A stretch of DNA of 42,968 bases from Gemmatimonadales bacterium (GTDB lineage: Bacteria; Gemmatimonadota; Gemmatimonadetes; Gemmatimonadales; Gemmatimonadaceae). The DNA lies in contig JBBQAK010000001.1 of the NCBI GenBank assembly GCA_038316215.1, positions 1 through 42,968 on the forward strand, written 5' to 3'. Each line of letters starts with the position of its first letter. The first letter of the stretch is position 1. The notes under the pieces are model-generated. The model saw only the letters and a program-made list of their open reading frames with translations. It was not told the DNA's origin and searched no databases. Shown piece after piece: positions 19,014-28,038 of this stretch. The position numbers and the translations under genes were made by a program.

Positions 19014-20220
19014 CATCCCGAATCCGGTCCGCTCGGCCTTCACCACCCACGAGCGCGACGACACGGTCATCGTCAATATCGGCCCGTCGCACCCGGCCAC
19101 CCACGGCACGGTGCAGATCATCGCCGAGCTCGATGGCGAGAAAGTGCTGCGAACCGACGTCCACTGCGGCTATCTGCACCGCGGCTTCGAGAAGGAGTGC
19201 GAGGATCACACCTGGCACAACCTCATCCCGTATGTCGACCGCCTGAACTACTGCTCGGCCCTGATCAACGATTTCGCTTACTGCGATGCCGTTGAACAGA
19301 TGATGGGCATCGAGATCACGCCGCGCACGAAGTATCTGCGCACGTTGCTCTCCGAATACATGCGCATCACGGATCACCTCACGTGCGTGGCGGCGAGTCT
19401 CATGGAGCTCGGCGCGATGACCGCGTTCCTATACCTGGTCACGGTCCGCGACTTCATGTACGAGCATCTTGCCGCGCTTACCGGCGCGCGCGTGACGTAC
19501 TCGTACGGCCGTATCGGCGGACTGGCCAACGATGTCCCTGACGGCTGGTTCACGCGCTTGCATGAAATCCTGGGCGAGTACGAGACATACATCGCGCGCG
19601 TGCACGGCTTGGTGGATCGCAACCGTATTTTCATCGACCGGCTGCGCAACGTGGGCACGATCAGCACCGCCGATGCGCTGCACTGGGGATTCACCGGCGT
19701 CATCCTGCGCTCCACCGGCGTGCCGCGCGACCTGCGCAAGGATACGCCGTATCTAGCCTACGCCGAGCTCGATTTCGACGTGCCCGTAGGCATCAACGGC
19801 GACAACTACGATCGCTATTTCGTACGCATGCGCGAGATGGACGAATCCGTGTACATGATCCGTCAGCTGATAGACCTGATGCCCGAGGGTCCGATCAATG
19901 TGGACGATCGGCGCTGCGTGTTCCCCGAGAAGACGCTGGTCTACAACGAGATCGAATCGTTGATCAACCACTTCAAGCTCGTCATGGAGGGCCCGTCGGT
20001 GCCGGCGGGCGAGATCTACGTGGCCCACGAAGCGCCCAACGGCGAGCTCGGATTCTTCCTCGTGAGCACCGGCGGCGGTACGCCGCACAAAGTGCACGTG
20101 CGGTCACCGAGCTTCGTGCACATGGGTGGCGTGCACCGCATGCTCGACGGCTATCAGCTGGCCGACATCGTGACGACGTTTGGTTCTGTGAACATGATCG
20201 GTGGAGAGTGCGACCGATGA
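19003..20220 (+). CDS. nuoD: NADH-quinone oxidoreductase subunit D
   Basis: GPSHPATHG, GYLHRGFEK, DRLNY, EAPNGELG and C-terminal GECDR. The TTG start is approximate. Confidence 0.96.
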   Translation: MSASIPNPVRSAFTTHERDDTVIVNIGPSHPATHGTVQIIAELDGEKVLRTDVHCGYLHRGFEKECEDHTWHNLIPYVDRLNYCSALINDFAYCDAVEQMMGIEITPRTKYLRTLLSEYMRITDHLTCVAASLMELGAMTAFLYLVTVRDFMYEHLAALTGARVTYSYGRIGGLANDVPDGWFTRLHEILGEYETYIARVHGLVDRNRIFIDRLRNVGTISTADALHWGFTGVILRSTGVPRDLRKDTPYLAYAELDFDVPVGINGDNYDRYFVRMREMDESVYMIRQLIDLMPEGPINVDDRRCVFPEKTLVYNEIESLINHFKLVMEGPSVPAGEIYVAHEAPNGELGFFLVSTGGGTPHKVHVRSPSFVHMGGVHRMLDGYQLADIVTTFGSVNMIGGECDR

Positions 20221-20705
20221 GCGGCCTGGTACAACGCCTGATCCCTGAGTTCGAAGTGTGGAAGCGCCGCTATCCAGTCGGCTTCGAGGGGTCACTCTCG
20301 ATTCCGGCGCTTCGTCGAATTCAGGAAGAGCGCGGCTACATCGCCGACGAAGACATCAGCGATCTGACGGCCTACCTCGGCGTACCGCGCACGCAGATCG
20401 ATGAAGTCGTCGCATTCTACACGCAGTTCACGCGGGTGCCGTTGGGCAAACACCATATTCAGGTCTGCCACAACGTAAGCTGTTCGTTGCGCGGTGCCGA
20501 AGGCTTGGTAAAGCATCTGTGCACGCGATTGAACATCACGCCGGGTGAGACCACCGCCGATGGGCAGTTCACGTTGACGACGGTCGAATGTCTCGCGTCG
20601 TGCGGCACGGCGCCCATGATGATGGTGGGCGATGCCTTCTTTGAGAATCTGACGCCGGCGTCGGTCGATGCGCTGCTCACTGCGCTTCAGGGGAGCGCCT
20701 CATGA
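20217..20705 (+). CDS. nuoE: NADH-quinone oxidoreductase subunit E
   Basis: CHNVSC and ECLASCGTAP (N1a 2Fe-2S ligands). Confidence 0.94.
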   Translation: MSGLVQRLIPEFEVWKRRYPVGFEGSLSIPALRRIQEERGYIADEDISDLTAYLGVPRTQIDEVVAFYTQFTRVPLGKHHIQVCHNVSCSLRGAEGLVKHLCTRLNITPGETTADGQFTLTTVECLASCGTAPMMMVGDAFFENLTPASVDALLTALQGSAS

Positions 20706-22060
20706 GCACCGCCACCACCGAACTCTCCGGCGCAAAGTTCTTCATGAACTTCCCCGTGACCGACACGTCACACACGCTGGCGGAGTATCGCACGCGCTTC
20801 GGCTATCAGGCGCTGGAGAAGGCGCTGCGCGAGATGTCACCCACCGATGTGACCAAGGAAGTCGCCACGGCTGGACTGCTTGGACACGGCGGCGCCGCGT
20901 TCCCGGCGGGGCGGAAGTGGGGCGTCGTGAAATTGGGCGACGGTGAGCCGCACTACGTGTGCATGAATGCCGACGAGGGCGAGCCCGGTACGTTCAAGGA
21001 CCGCTGGCTGATGGAGTGCGTGCCGCACATGGCGCTCGAAGGGCTCATCATCGGCTCGTACGCGCTGCAGGGACGTCACGCCTTCATCTATATCCGCGGC
21101 GAGTTCGATCTCGCGTACCGTCGGATGGCCGGCGCGATCGAAGAGGCCTACGCCGCGGGATTGCTGGGCGAGAACATTCTGGGCACGGGCTACTCACTCG
21201 ACGTCGTACTCTATCGTGGCGCCGGCTCGTACGTGTGCGGTGAAGCGTCGGCGATGTTGGCGTCGCTCGAGGGCAAGAAGGGCTGGCCGCGCAATCGGCC
21301 GCCGCGACTCACGGTGAAAGGGTTGTACCAGAAGCCCACCGTTGTCAACAACGTGGAAACGCTGGCCAACGTGCCGGTGATTTTGCGACTCGGTGCCGCC
21401 GAGTTCAGGAAGGTGGGCACGCCCAAGAGCCCGGGCACGCAGATGATTTCAATCTCCGGCCATATTGCGAAGCCGGGTGTGTACGAAATCGAGTACGGCT
21501 ATTCGTGGACGAAGTTCATCTACGACGATTGCGGCGGCATGCAGAACGGGAAGGCGCTCAAGTGCATTATCCCGGGCGGCGTATCCACGAAGCTGCTCAG
21601 CGCGAGTGAGATCGAAGGCGTCACCCTCGATCACAACGCCGCGGTGGCGGCCGGTTCGCAGGTTGGCTCGGGCGGCATGATTGCGATCGCTGAGGGCACC
21701 TGTATGGTGCGTTTGGCGCAGGTGATTCAGCGTTTTTATCACCATGAGTCGTGCGGCCAGTGCACGCCATGTCGCGAAGGCATGGGCTGGATGGAACGCA
21801 TTCTCAATCGCATCGTCGCTGGCGGCGGTCGCCCTGAGGATATCGATCGGCTCTATCAGATCTCGGAAGCCAACGACGGCACCACCATCTGTAGTCTCGG
21901 TGATTCGGCGGGCTACGCCTGTTCGGCGATCCTCGATCACTACCGAGACGAGTTCGAGTACTACATCACGAACGGACGGTCGATGTACGACGGGAATCTG
22001 ACCGTGGAAGATCCGTTTGCGCTTGCGTCCGCGCCTGCATTCGCAGGAGCCGCCTCGTGA
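20702..22060 (+). CDS. nuoF: NAD(P)H-quinone oxidoreductase subunit F with a divergent nucleotide pocket
   Basis: NADEGEPGTFKDR, NNVETL and ESCGQCTPCREG...TICSLG (N3 ligands). Pocket variants GHGGAAFP, CGEAS and RPPRL. Confidence 0.96.
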   Translation: MSTATTELSGAKFFMNFPVTDTSHTLAEYRTRFGYQALEKALREMSPTDVTKEVATAGLLGHGGAAFPAGRKWGVVKLGDGEPHYVCMNADEGEPGTFKDRWLMECVPHMALEGLIIGSYALQGRHAFIYIRGEFDLAYRRMAGAIEEAYAAGLLGENILGTGYSLDVVLYRGAGSYVCGEASAMLASLEGKKGWPRNRPPRLTVKGLYQKPTVVNNVETLANVPVILRLGAAEFRKVGTPKSPGTQMISISGHIAKPGVYEIEYGYSWTKFIYDDCGGMQNGKALKCIIPGGVSTKLLSASEIEGVTLDHNAAVAAGSQVGSGGMIAIAEGTCMVRLAQVIQRFYHHESCGQCTPCREGMGWMERILNRIVAGGGRPEDIDRLYQISEANDGTTICSLGDSAGYACSAILDHYRDEFEYYITNGRSMYDGNLTVEDPFALASAPAFAGAAS

Positions 22061-23544
22061 GTGATGTCACGGCGGCACCCGTCGCAGCCAGGAAGATGCT
22101 CGACTTCGCAATCGATGGGGTGTCGATGCAAGCGGAAGACGGTCAGACCGTCATTCAGGCCGCGCGCGCCAACGGTGTGAATATTCCGCACTTCTGCTGG
22201 CATCCGCAGCTCTCGGTACCTGGCAACTGCCGCATCTGCATGGTGGAGATCGAACAGGAGTCGGGCGATCCATGGTTCGATATCGCCTGTAACATGCCGG
22301 TCACGGCCGGCATGCGTGTCCTCACGAATTCGGAGATGATCAAGCGGCTCCGGAAGGACACGATGCAGTTCATCACGCTGAACCACCCGGTTGACTGCGG
22401 CATCTGCAACAAGTCGGGCGAGTGCATGCTGCAGGACTACCACTACGAGTTGAACGGCGCAGCGTCGCTGTCGCGCGATCCCAAGACGCACGCGACCAAG
22501 TTCTTCCCGCTGTCCGACCGCATCATGCTGGACAACGAGCGGTGCATCATGTGCACGCTGTGTGTCCGCTTCACCAACGAAGTGTCGGGCTCGAAGGCGC
22601 TCGGTGCCGTGAATCGTGGTGACCATGCGCTGATCCGTCCCGCCGAAGATGCCGACTTCAACCTCGACGTCTACTCTGACAACGTGATCGACCTGTGCCC
22701 GGTGGGTGCATTGCTGTCTACCGAGCTGCTGGATCACGCCCGCGTGTGGTACCTCGACTCGACGAAGTCGGTGTGCCCGGGGTGTGAACGCGGCTGCAGC
22801 ATCAACGTGTGGCATCGCAAGCACGAGTGGAAGCTGACCGCACTCGACCCGCGATTGAATACGCAGATCGATCGCGTCACGCCACACGAGAACCCTGAGG
22901 TGAATGGCCTGTGGGTCTGCAACAAGGCCCGTGACCTCGCGCATCTGTTCGAACGGCCACGTGCGGAGCAGGCGATGCAGCGGGGCGCGGTCGTCGATCT
23001 CGCCGTCGCGACCTCAACGGCGGCACAACTGATCGGTGCGGCACGACAGCCGGTGGCGATCGTCTCGAGCTGGGGCTCCAACGAAGAACTCGCGGCGTTC
23101 CGCGCCGCCTTTGGCGCGAACGTGCCGGGCTTCGTGAAGGCCGACCACCTCCCGATCGCGGGTGAGGTGATCGAGGATCACCTGCTCATCAAGCCGGACA
23201 AGAATCCCAATCGCAGGGCGGCATTGGCGTTGTATCCGGCGCTCCCAGAGCGCGTGGGCGATGCGCTGCCCACCGGCACGGACGTGGTACTGATCTGGGG
23301 TGAAGGCTTTGACAGCGCGCTGGTCCCGGTTGGCGCGAAGGTGATTCGCCTGGCGTCCTACGCGCACGCCGAGAACGCTGGCGCCGATGTGTTCATCCCC
23401 ATCAGCATCCAGACCGAGCGCAGCGGGCACTATACGAACTTCGCCGGCGTGGTATCGGCGTTCGATGCGTGCTTCCCCGTGAAGCCTGGCATCGCCCACG
23501 CGGACGCCCTCTTCGCCGCCCTCGCGGCGGGGCGAGTCGCATGA
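22057..23544 (+). CDS. nuoG: NADH-quinone oxidoreductase subunit G, short form
   Basis: N1b (FCWH..GNCRIC..IAC), N5 (HPVDCGICNKSGEC), N4 (CIMCTLC..LCP) and N7-type (CPGCERGC..VCNK) motifs; 495 aa. Confidence 0.9.
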   Translation: MSDVTAAPVAARKMLDFAIDGVSMQAEDGQTVIQAARANGVNIPHFCWHPQLSVPGNCRICMVEIEQESGDPWFDIACNMPVTAGMRVLTNSEMIKRLRKDTMQFITLNHPVDCGICNKSGECMLQDYHYELNGAASLSRDPKTHATKFFPLSDRIMLDNERCIMCTLCVRFTNEVSGSKALGAVNRGDHALIRPAEDADFNLDVYSDNVIDLCPVGALLSTELLDHARVWYLDSTKSVCPGCERGCSINVWHRKHEWKLTALDPRLNTQIDRVTPHENPEVNGLWVCNKARDLAHLFERPRAEQAMQRGAVVDLAVATSTAAQLIGAARQPVAIVSSWGSNEELAAFRAAFGANVPGFVKADHLPIAGEVIEDHLLIKPDKNPNRRAALALYPALPERVGDALPTGTDVVLIWGEGFDSALVPVGAKVIRLASYAHAENAGADVFIPISIQTERSGHYTNFAGVVSAFDACFPVKPGIAHADALFAALAAGRVA

Positions 23545-24695
23545 ACGTATTCATGCCCGATCTGGTCGTCTCGCTGGTATTCATCACGTACGCCATCGTG
23601 GTGCTGCTCAGCTTCGGTGGGTTGCTCACCTGGGTGGAGCGCAAGCAGGCCGCCGTGATGTCGGACCGGATCGGCGCCAACCGCGCCTACATCAAGATTC
23701 CGTTCACCAACATCAAGCTGGTGTGGCTGGGACTGTTTCACGGGATGGCCGACGGACTGAAGATGCTCCTCAAGGAGAACTTCAAACCGAAGACGCACGA
23801 TGCATTGGGCTACTTCCTGGCGCCGTTCATTGTGTTCGCGCCGGTCCTTTTGGTGTTCGCCGTGATCCCGTTCGGCGGCACGCTCGATCCCGCGCAGGTG
23901 TTTCCATCGCTGGCGTCGTGGTTTGGTGGACGCACCTACCCGCTGCAGATCGCACAGCTCGACGCGGGCATCCTGATCGTGTTCGCCTTCAGTGGCTTCA
24001 CGATCATCGGCACCATGCTGGCCGGCTGGAGTTCAGAGAACAAGTTCTCGCTGCTCGGTGGACTGCGGGCCGGCTCGCAGATGATTTCGTATGAACTGGT
24101 CATGGCCCTGACCGTCATGGGGCTGATTCTGGTGTATGGCACGGTGGATCTGGGCGCGATCGTGCGTCAGCAGTCGGGGGTGATGCTCGGTGTGCTGCCG
24201 AGATGGGGCGTGTTTATGCAGCCCTTCGCCGCGTTTCTGTTTCTCACCGCAGCGATCGCCGAAAACAAGCGCATCCCCTTCGACCTGCCCGAGGCGGAGT
24301 CGGAGTTGGTGGCCGGCTACTACACCGAATACAGCGCCATGAAGATGGGCCTCTTCATGTTCGCCGAGTTCATTCAGATCGCGATTGTCGGTGCGCTGTT
24401 CGTCACGCTGTTTCTGGGTGGCTACAACCTGCCCTTTATGAGCGATGCCGGCTTTCTGTTTCCCGGCGGCCATGCGGTGGCGCTGAGCCACGGGCTGGTG
24501 GTGCCACTGCAGATGCTCGGCTTTCTGGCCAAGGTGTTCCTGATGTGCGTGATCCAGATCCAGATCCGCTGGTCACTACCCCGTTTCCGGTATGACCAGA
24601 TGCTGGCGTTCGCGTGGAAGATGCTGCTGCCGCTGTCGCTGGCGAATCTGGTGGTCACCGCGGTGGCCATGTGGATCCTGGAGGGTGCCAAATGA
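23541..24695 (+). CDS. nuoH: NADH-quinone oxidoreductase subunit H
   Basis: WVERK, ADGLK, SQMISYE, PFDLPEAESELVAG and PRFRYDQ motifs. Confidence 0.96.
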   Translation: MNVFMPDLVVSLVFITYAIVVLLSFGGLLTWVERKQAAVMSDRIGANRAYIKIPFTNIKLVWLGLFHGMADGLKMLLKENFKPKTHDALGYFLAPFIVFAPVLLVFAVIPFGGTLDPAQVFPSLASWFGGRTYPLQIAQLDAGILIVFAFSGFTIIGTMLAGWSSENKFSLLGGLRAGSQMISYELVMALTVMGLILVYGTVDLGAIVRQQSGVMLGVLPRWGVFMQPFAAFLFLTAAIAENKRIPFDLPEAESELVAGYYTEYSAMKMGLFMFAEFIQIAIVGALFVTLFLGGYNLPFMSDAGFLFPGGHAVALSHGLVVPLQMLGFLAKVFLMCVIQIQIRWSLPRFRYDQMLAFAWKMLLPLSLANLVVTAVAMWILEGAK

Positions 24696-25336
24696 CGACG
24701 CCTTTGACACCTGACGGAAAGCCGCCGGTGCGCATCACTCGGTACGAGCGGAAGCAGTACTGGAACGAGCCCACCATGACGTTGTGGGAGAAGGCGTACC
24801 TCCCCGAAGTCCTGCGCGGGCTGGCGATCACGACTGGCATCTTCCTGCGCAACATGGGCAAGTGGATCACGGGCAAGCGTGGCGCCGTGACCACGTACTA
24901 TCCCGAAGAGAAGCGCGCCGACTACGCGCCGGCGAACCGCGGCAAGCATATCCTCACGCAGCGTCCCGACGGGTCGCCGCAGTGTATCGCGTGCAACATG
25001 TGCGCGACCGTATGTCCGGCGAAGGTCATCGAAATCGAGGCCGGTTTCGATATCAATGATCCGGCGCACCCCAAGTCTCCGATCCGCTTCGAGATCGACT
25101 ATTCGCGGTGCGTCTTCTGCGGTCTCTGCGTTGAGGCCTGTCCGGAAGACGCCATCCGCATGGAGCCGGACATCCCCGACCTGGTCTCGGGCGACCGCTA
25201 CAACATGTGGCTCACGATGGACGAAATGCTGACGTGGAATCCGAAACAGGACGTGGCGAAGCCCTATCCACCGAAGCCAGTCGCCCTCAAGGTCAGCGAC
25301 AGCATTCTGCGAGGGCGCGAGTCATCGACACATTGA
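24692..25336 (+). CDS. nuoI: NADH-quinone oxidoreductase subunit I
   Basis: CIACNMCATVCP and CVFCGLCVEACP (N6a/N6b ligands). Confidence 0.95.
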   Translation: MTTPLTPDGKPPVRITRYERKQYWNEPTMTLWEKAYLPEVLRGLAITTGIFLRNMGKWITGKRGAVTTYYPEEKRADYAPANRGKHILTQRPDGSPQCIACNMCATVCPAKVIEIEAGFDINDPAHPKSPIRFEIDYSRCVFCGLCVEACPEDAIRMEPDIPDLVSGDRYNMWLTMDEMLTWNPKQDVAKPYPPKPVALKVSDSILRGRESSTH

Positions 25337-25827
25337 TTCTGGGCTCGATGAGCGTCGTTGCGCTCATCTCGGCCGTGCTCATGCTCGTGACACGCGAGCC
25401 GATGCGCGTCGCGCTCGCGCTGATCACCACGATGGTGATGCTGGGCGGCATCTATGGACTGCTGGGCGTGCATTTCATCGCCGCCTTCCAGGTGCTGATC
25501 TACGTGGGCGCCGTGATGGTGTTCATGGTGTATGTCATCATGCTGCTGGAGGTGCGTGAAGCACCGGGCAACACGCGCTACTCCCGCTGGCTCGTGCCCG
25601 GTATCGCGGCCTTTGCCGCGCTGGTGGGTGTGCTGGGCATCAGCGTGTACCGTAGCAACGCCGAGATTCTTGCGTTGCCCGGCGGCGGCGCGTTCAGCCT
25701 CACGCAGTTCTCCGCGGCGTTTCTGTCCCAGTACTGGCTCGAGTTCGAGCTCACGTCGGTGTTTCTCGTGGCGGCAATCGTGGCCGCCCTCGCCGTGATC
25801 AAGGTGAGCCGGAGAGCCCATGGATAG
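25333..25827 (+). CDS. nuoJ: NADH-quinone oxidoreductase subunit J
   Basis: QVLIYVGAVMVF and YWLEFELTS motifs. Start uncertain: TTG 25333 overlapping the nuoI stop, or ATG 25348. Confidence 0.92.
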   Translation: MILGSMSVVALISAVLMLVTREPMRVALALITTMVMLGGIYGLLGVHFIAAFQVLIYVGAVMVFMVYVIMLLEVREAPGNTRYSRWLVPGIAAFAALVGVLGISVYRSNAEILALPGGGAFSLTQFSAAFLSQYWLEFELTSVFLVAAIVAALAVIKVSRRAHG

Positions 25828-26122
25828 AGTCAGCCTGTTACTCTGGCTTTCCGGCGCACTCTTCTCGCTTGGCCTGCTGGGCGTGATTGTACGCCGCAAT
25901 GCGTTGGTCATGCTGATGTGCATGGAGCTCATGCTGAACGGCGTGAACCTGAGCCTCGTCACGTTTTCGCAGCAGCGCGGCGATGCTGCGGGCGCAGTAC
26001 TGGTATTCCTGGTGTTCGTGGTCGCCACCGCGGAGATCGCGCTGGCCATTCCGATCGTGCTGTTGCTCGTGCGCTTCAAGCGCTCGATGGACATCGATCG
26101 TTTCTCTGATCTCAAAGGCTGA
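25820..26122 (+). CDS. nuoK: NADH-quinone oxidoreductase subunit K
   Basis: RRN, MELMLN and ATAEIA (both conserved Glu present); 100 aa. Confidence 0.95.
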   Translation: MDRVSLLLWLSGALFSLGLLGVIVRRNALVMLMCMELMLNGVNLSLVTFSQQRGDAAGAVLVFLVFVVATAEIALAIPIVLLLVRFKRSMDIDRFSDLKG

Positions 26123-26127
26123 GCCGC

Positions 26128-28038
26128 ATGCCGCTGTTGCTTCCGCATACGCTGGCGCTCATCGCCCTGCTGCCGCTCGTCGGCTTTTTGCTTAATGGAT
26201 TCTTCGCGACAGCCCTGGGTGGACACCGCGCCAACGAGCGCGTGGCCGGCATCATCGGCTGTGCCTTTCCGATCGCGGCCTTCGCGCTCACCATCAAGGC
26301 CTTCCTCGATCTGCAGGCAGGCGGCTTCGCGCCGATCGTCGAGCCACTGTATCGCTGGGCGCTGATCGGTACATCGTCGTTCGAGATCGCGTTCTACTTC
26401 GATCGCCTTAGCGCGATCATGACGCTGGTGGTGACGGGTGTCGGATCGGTGATCCACATCTATTCCACCGGCTACATGCACGACGACAAGAGCTTCGGGC
26501 GCTTCTTCGCGTACCTGAATCTCTTTCTGTTCTTCATGTTGCTCCTGGTACTCGGTCGCTCCATGCTGGTGCTCTTTGTGGGCTGGGAAGGAGTGGGACT
26601 CGCGTCGTACCTCCTGATCGGCTTCTGGTTCGACGATCTCACCAACGCGAAGGCCGGCCGCAAAGCGTTTATCACCAACCGTATCGGTGACGCCGGCTTT
26701 CTGTTGGGCATGTTTCTGCTGTACCGCGCCTTCGGCACGCTCGACATGGACACCATCAACGGCGCGTTCCTGACGGGCAGTGGAGCGGCGATGCTCGTGC
26801 CGGCCAGTCTGGTGGGGCTGCTGCTGTTCATCGGTGCTACGGGGAAGTCGGCGCAAATCCCGTTGTACGTGTGGCTCCCCGATGCCATGGCCGGTCCCAC
26901 GCCGGTATCGGCGTTGATCCACGCGGCCACGATGGTCACGGCGGGTGTGTATCTCACGGTGCGCATGTCGGGCATCTACATGATGGCGCCCGAGGCCTCG
27001 CAGGTGATCGCGGTGGTCGGCGTGCTCACGGCGTTCTTCGCCGCCACGGTGGCGCTGGTGCAGACCGACATCAAGAAAGTGCTCGCCTACTCCACCGTGT
27101 CGCAGCTGGGCTTCATGTTTTTGGCGCTCGGTGTGGGCGCCTACGGTGTCGCGATCTTCCACGTGGTCACGCACGCCTTCTTCAAAGCCTGCCTCTTCCT
27201 TGGTGCCGGCAGCGTGATTCACGCGCTCGGCGGCGAACAGGACATCCGGAAGATGGGTGGCCTGCGCACGAAGATTCCGCTCACGTTCTGGACCTTCGCC
27301 ATCGCGACGGCTGCGATTGCGGGCATTCCGGGGCTCGCCGGATTCTTTTCGAAGGACGAGATCCTCTGGTACGCCTTCGCCAGTGCGAAGGGGGGCGCGC
27401 CGTGGTTGTGGGGCATAGCCGCACTCACCGCGCTGATGACGGCCTTCTACATGTTCCGCCTGTTGTGGCTCACCTTCATGGGCGCCTCGCGCATGAGCCA
27501 CGAGGTGGAGCACCACGTCCACGAGTCGCCCGTCTCCATGACGGGCGTACTGATGTTGCTCGCGCTGTTGTCGGCGGGCGGCGGCTACATTGGCATTCCG
27601 CATTTCCTCGAGGCGCAGATTCCGCTGCCGCCGGTCGTGGAACGCCTCGAGCACTATGAGCACACGTTGCTGATCGTGTCGATCGTACTGGCCTTTGCCG
27701 GACTTGGGCTCGCCGTGTTCATGTTCGGTGGTCCAACCTCGCGACCGGAAGCGATCAAGCAAGGGTTGCTGCCGGTCCATCGCCTGCTGAGCGGAAAGTA
27801 TTTCGTGGACGAACTGTACGACCGCGTGATCGTGAAGCCGCTGGTGTGGTTCTCCGATGTGGTGCTGTTCCGAGGGAGCGACAAGCTACTGGACGGCTCC
27901 CTGAACGGACTCGCGTCGTTGGCGCAGCGTTCGGCCGGATTGTTGAGCCGAGTGCAGTCCGGCAGCCTGCACGTGTATGCGTTGATGGTGATGGTTGGCA
28001 TCGTTGGCGCCGTGCTCTGGAGCTGGCGTCATGTCTGA
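26128..28038 (+). CDS. nuoL: NADH-quinone oxidoreductase subunit L
   Basis: GWEGVG, KSAQIPLYVWLPDAMAGPTPVSALIHAATMV, HAFFKA and SKDEI motifs; C-terminal transverse-helix region present. Confidence 0.97.
   Translation: MPLLLPHTLALIALLPLVGFLLNGFFATALGGHRANERVAGIIGCAFPIAAFALTIKAFLDLQAGGFAPIVEPLYRWALIGTSSFEIAFYFDRLSAIMTLVVTGVGSVIHIYSTGYMHDDKSFGRFFAYLNLFLFFMLLLVLGRSMLVLFVGWEGVGLASYLLIGFWFDDLTNAKAGRKAFITNRIGDAGFLLGMFLLYRAFGTLDMDTINGAFLTGSGAAMLVPASLVGLLLFIGATGKSAQIPLYVWLPDAMAGPTPVSALIHAATMVTAGVYLTVRMSGIYMMAPEASQVIAVVGVLTAFFAATVALVQTDIKKVLAYSTVSQLGFMFLALGVGAYGVAIFHVVTHAFFKACLFLGAGSVIHALGGEQDIRKMGGLRTKIPLTFWTFAIATAAIAGIPGLAGFFSKDEILWYAFASAKGGAPWLWGIAALTALMTAFYMFRLLWLTFMGASRMSHEVEHHVHESPVSMTGVLMLLALLSAGGGYIGIPHFLEAQIPLPPVVERLEHYEHTLLIVSIVLAFAGLGLAVFMFGGPTSRPEAIKQGLLPVHRLLSGKYFVDELYDRVIVKPLVWFSDVVLFRGSDKLLDGSLNGLASLAQRSAGLLSRVQSGSLHVYALMVMVGIVGAVLWSWRHV

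Noticed and set aside
17971-20220. NuoB/C/D as a group 4 [NiFe]-hydrogenase
   Set aside because: NuoD lacks both Ni-binding CxxC motifs, NuoB has the tandem CC of complex I, and the gene order is standard A-N.
25264-27780. 838-aa antisense ORF over nuoJKL, plus many similar shadow ORFs (e.g. 35721..36617, 21961..22944)
   Set aside because: High-GC codon bias leaves few stops on the antisense strand. These ORFs lie over well-supported genes and show no motifs.
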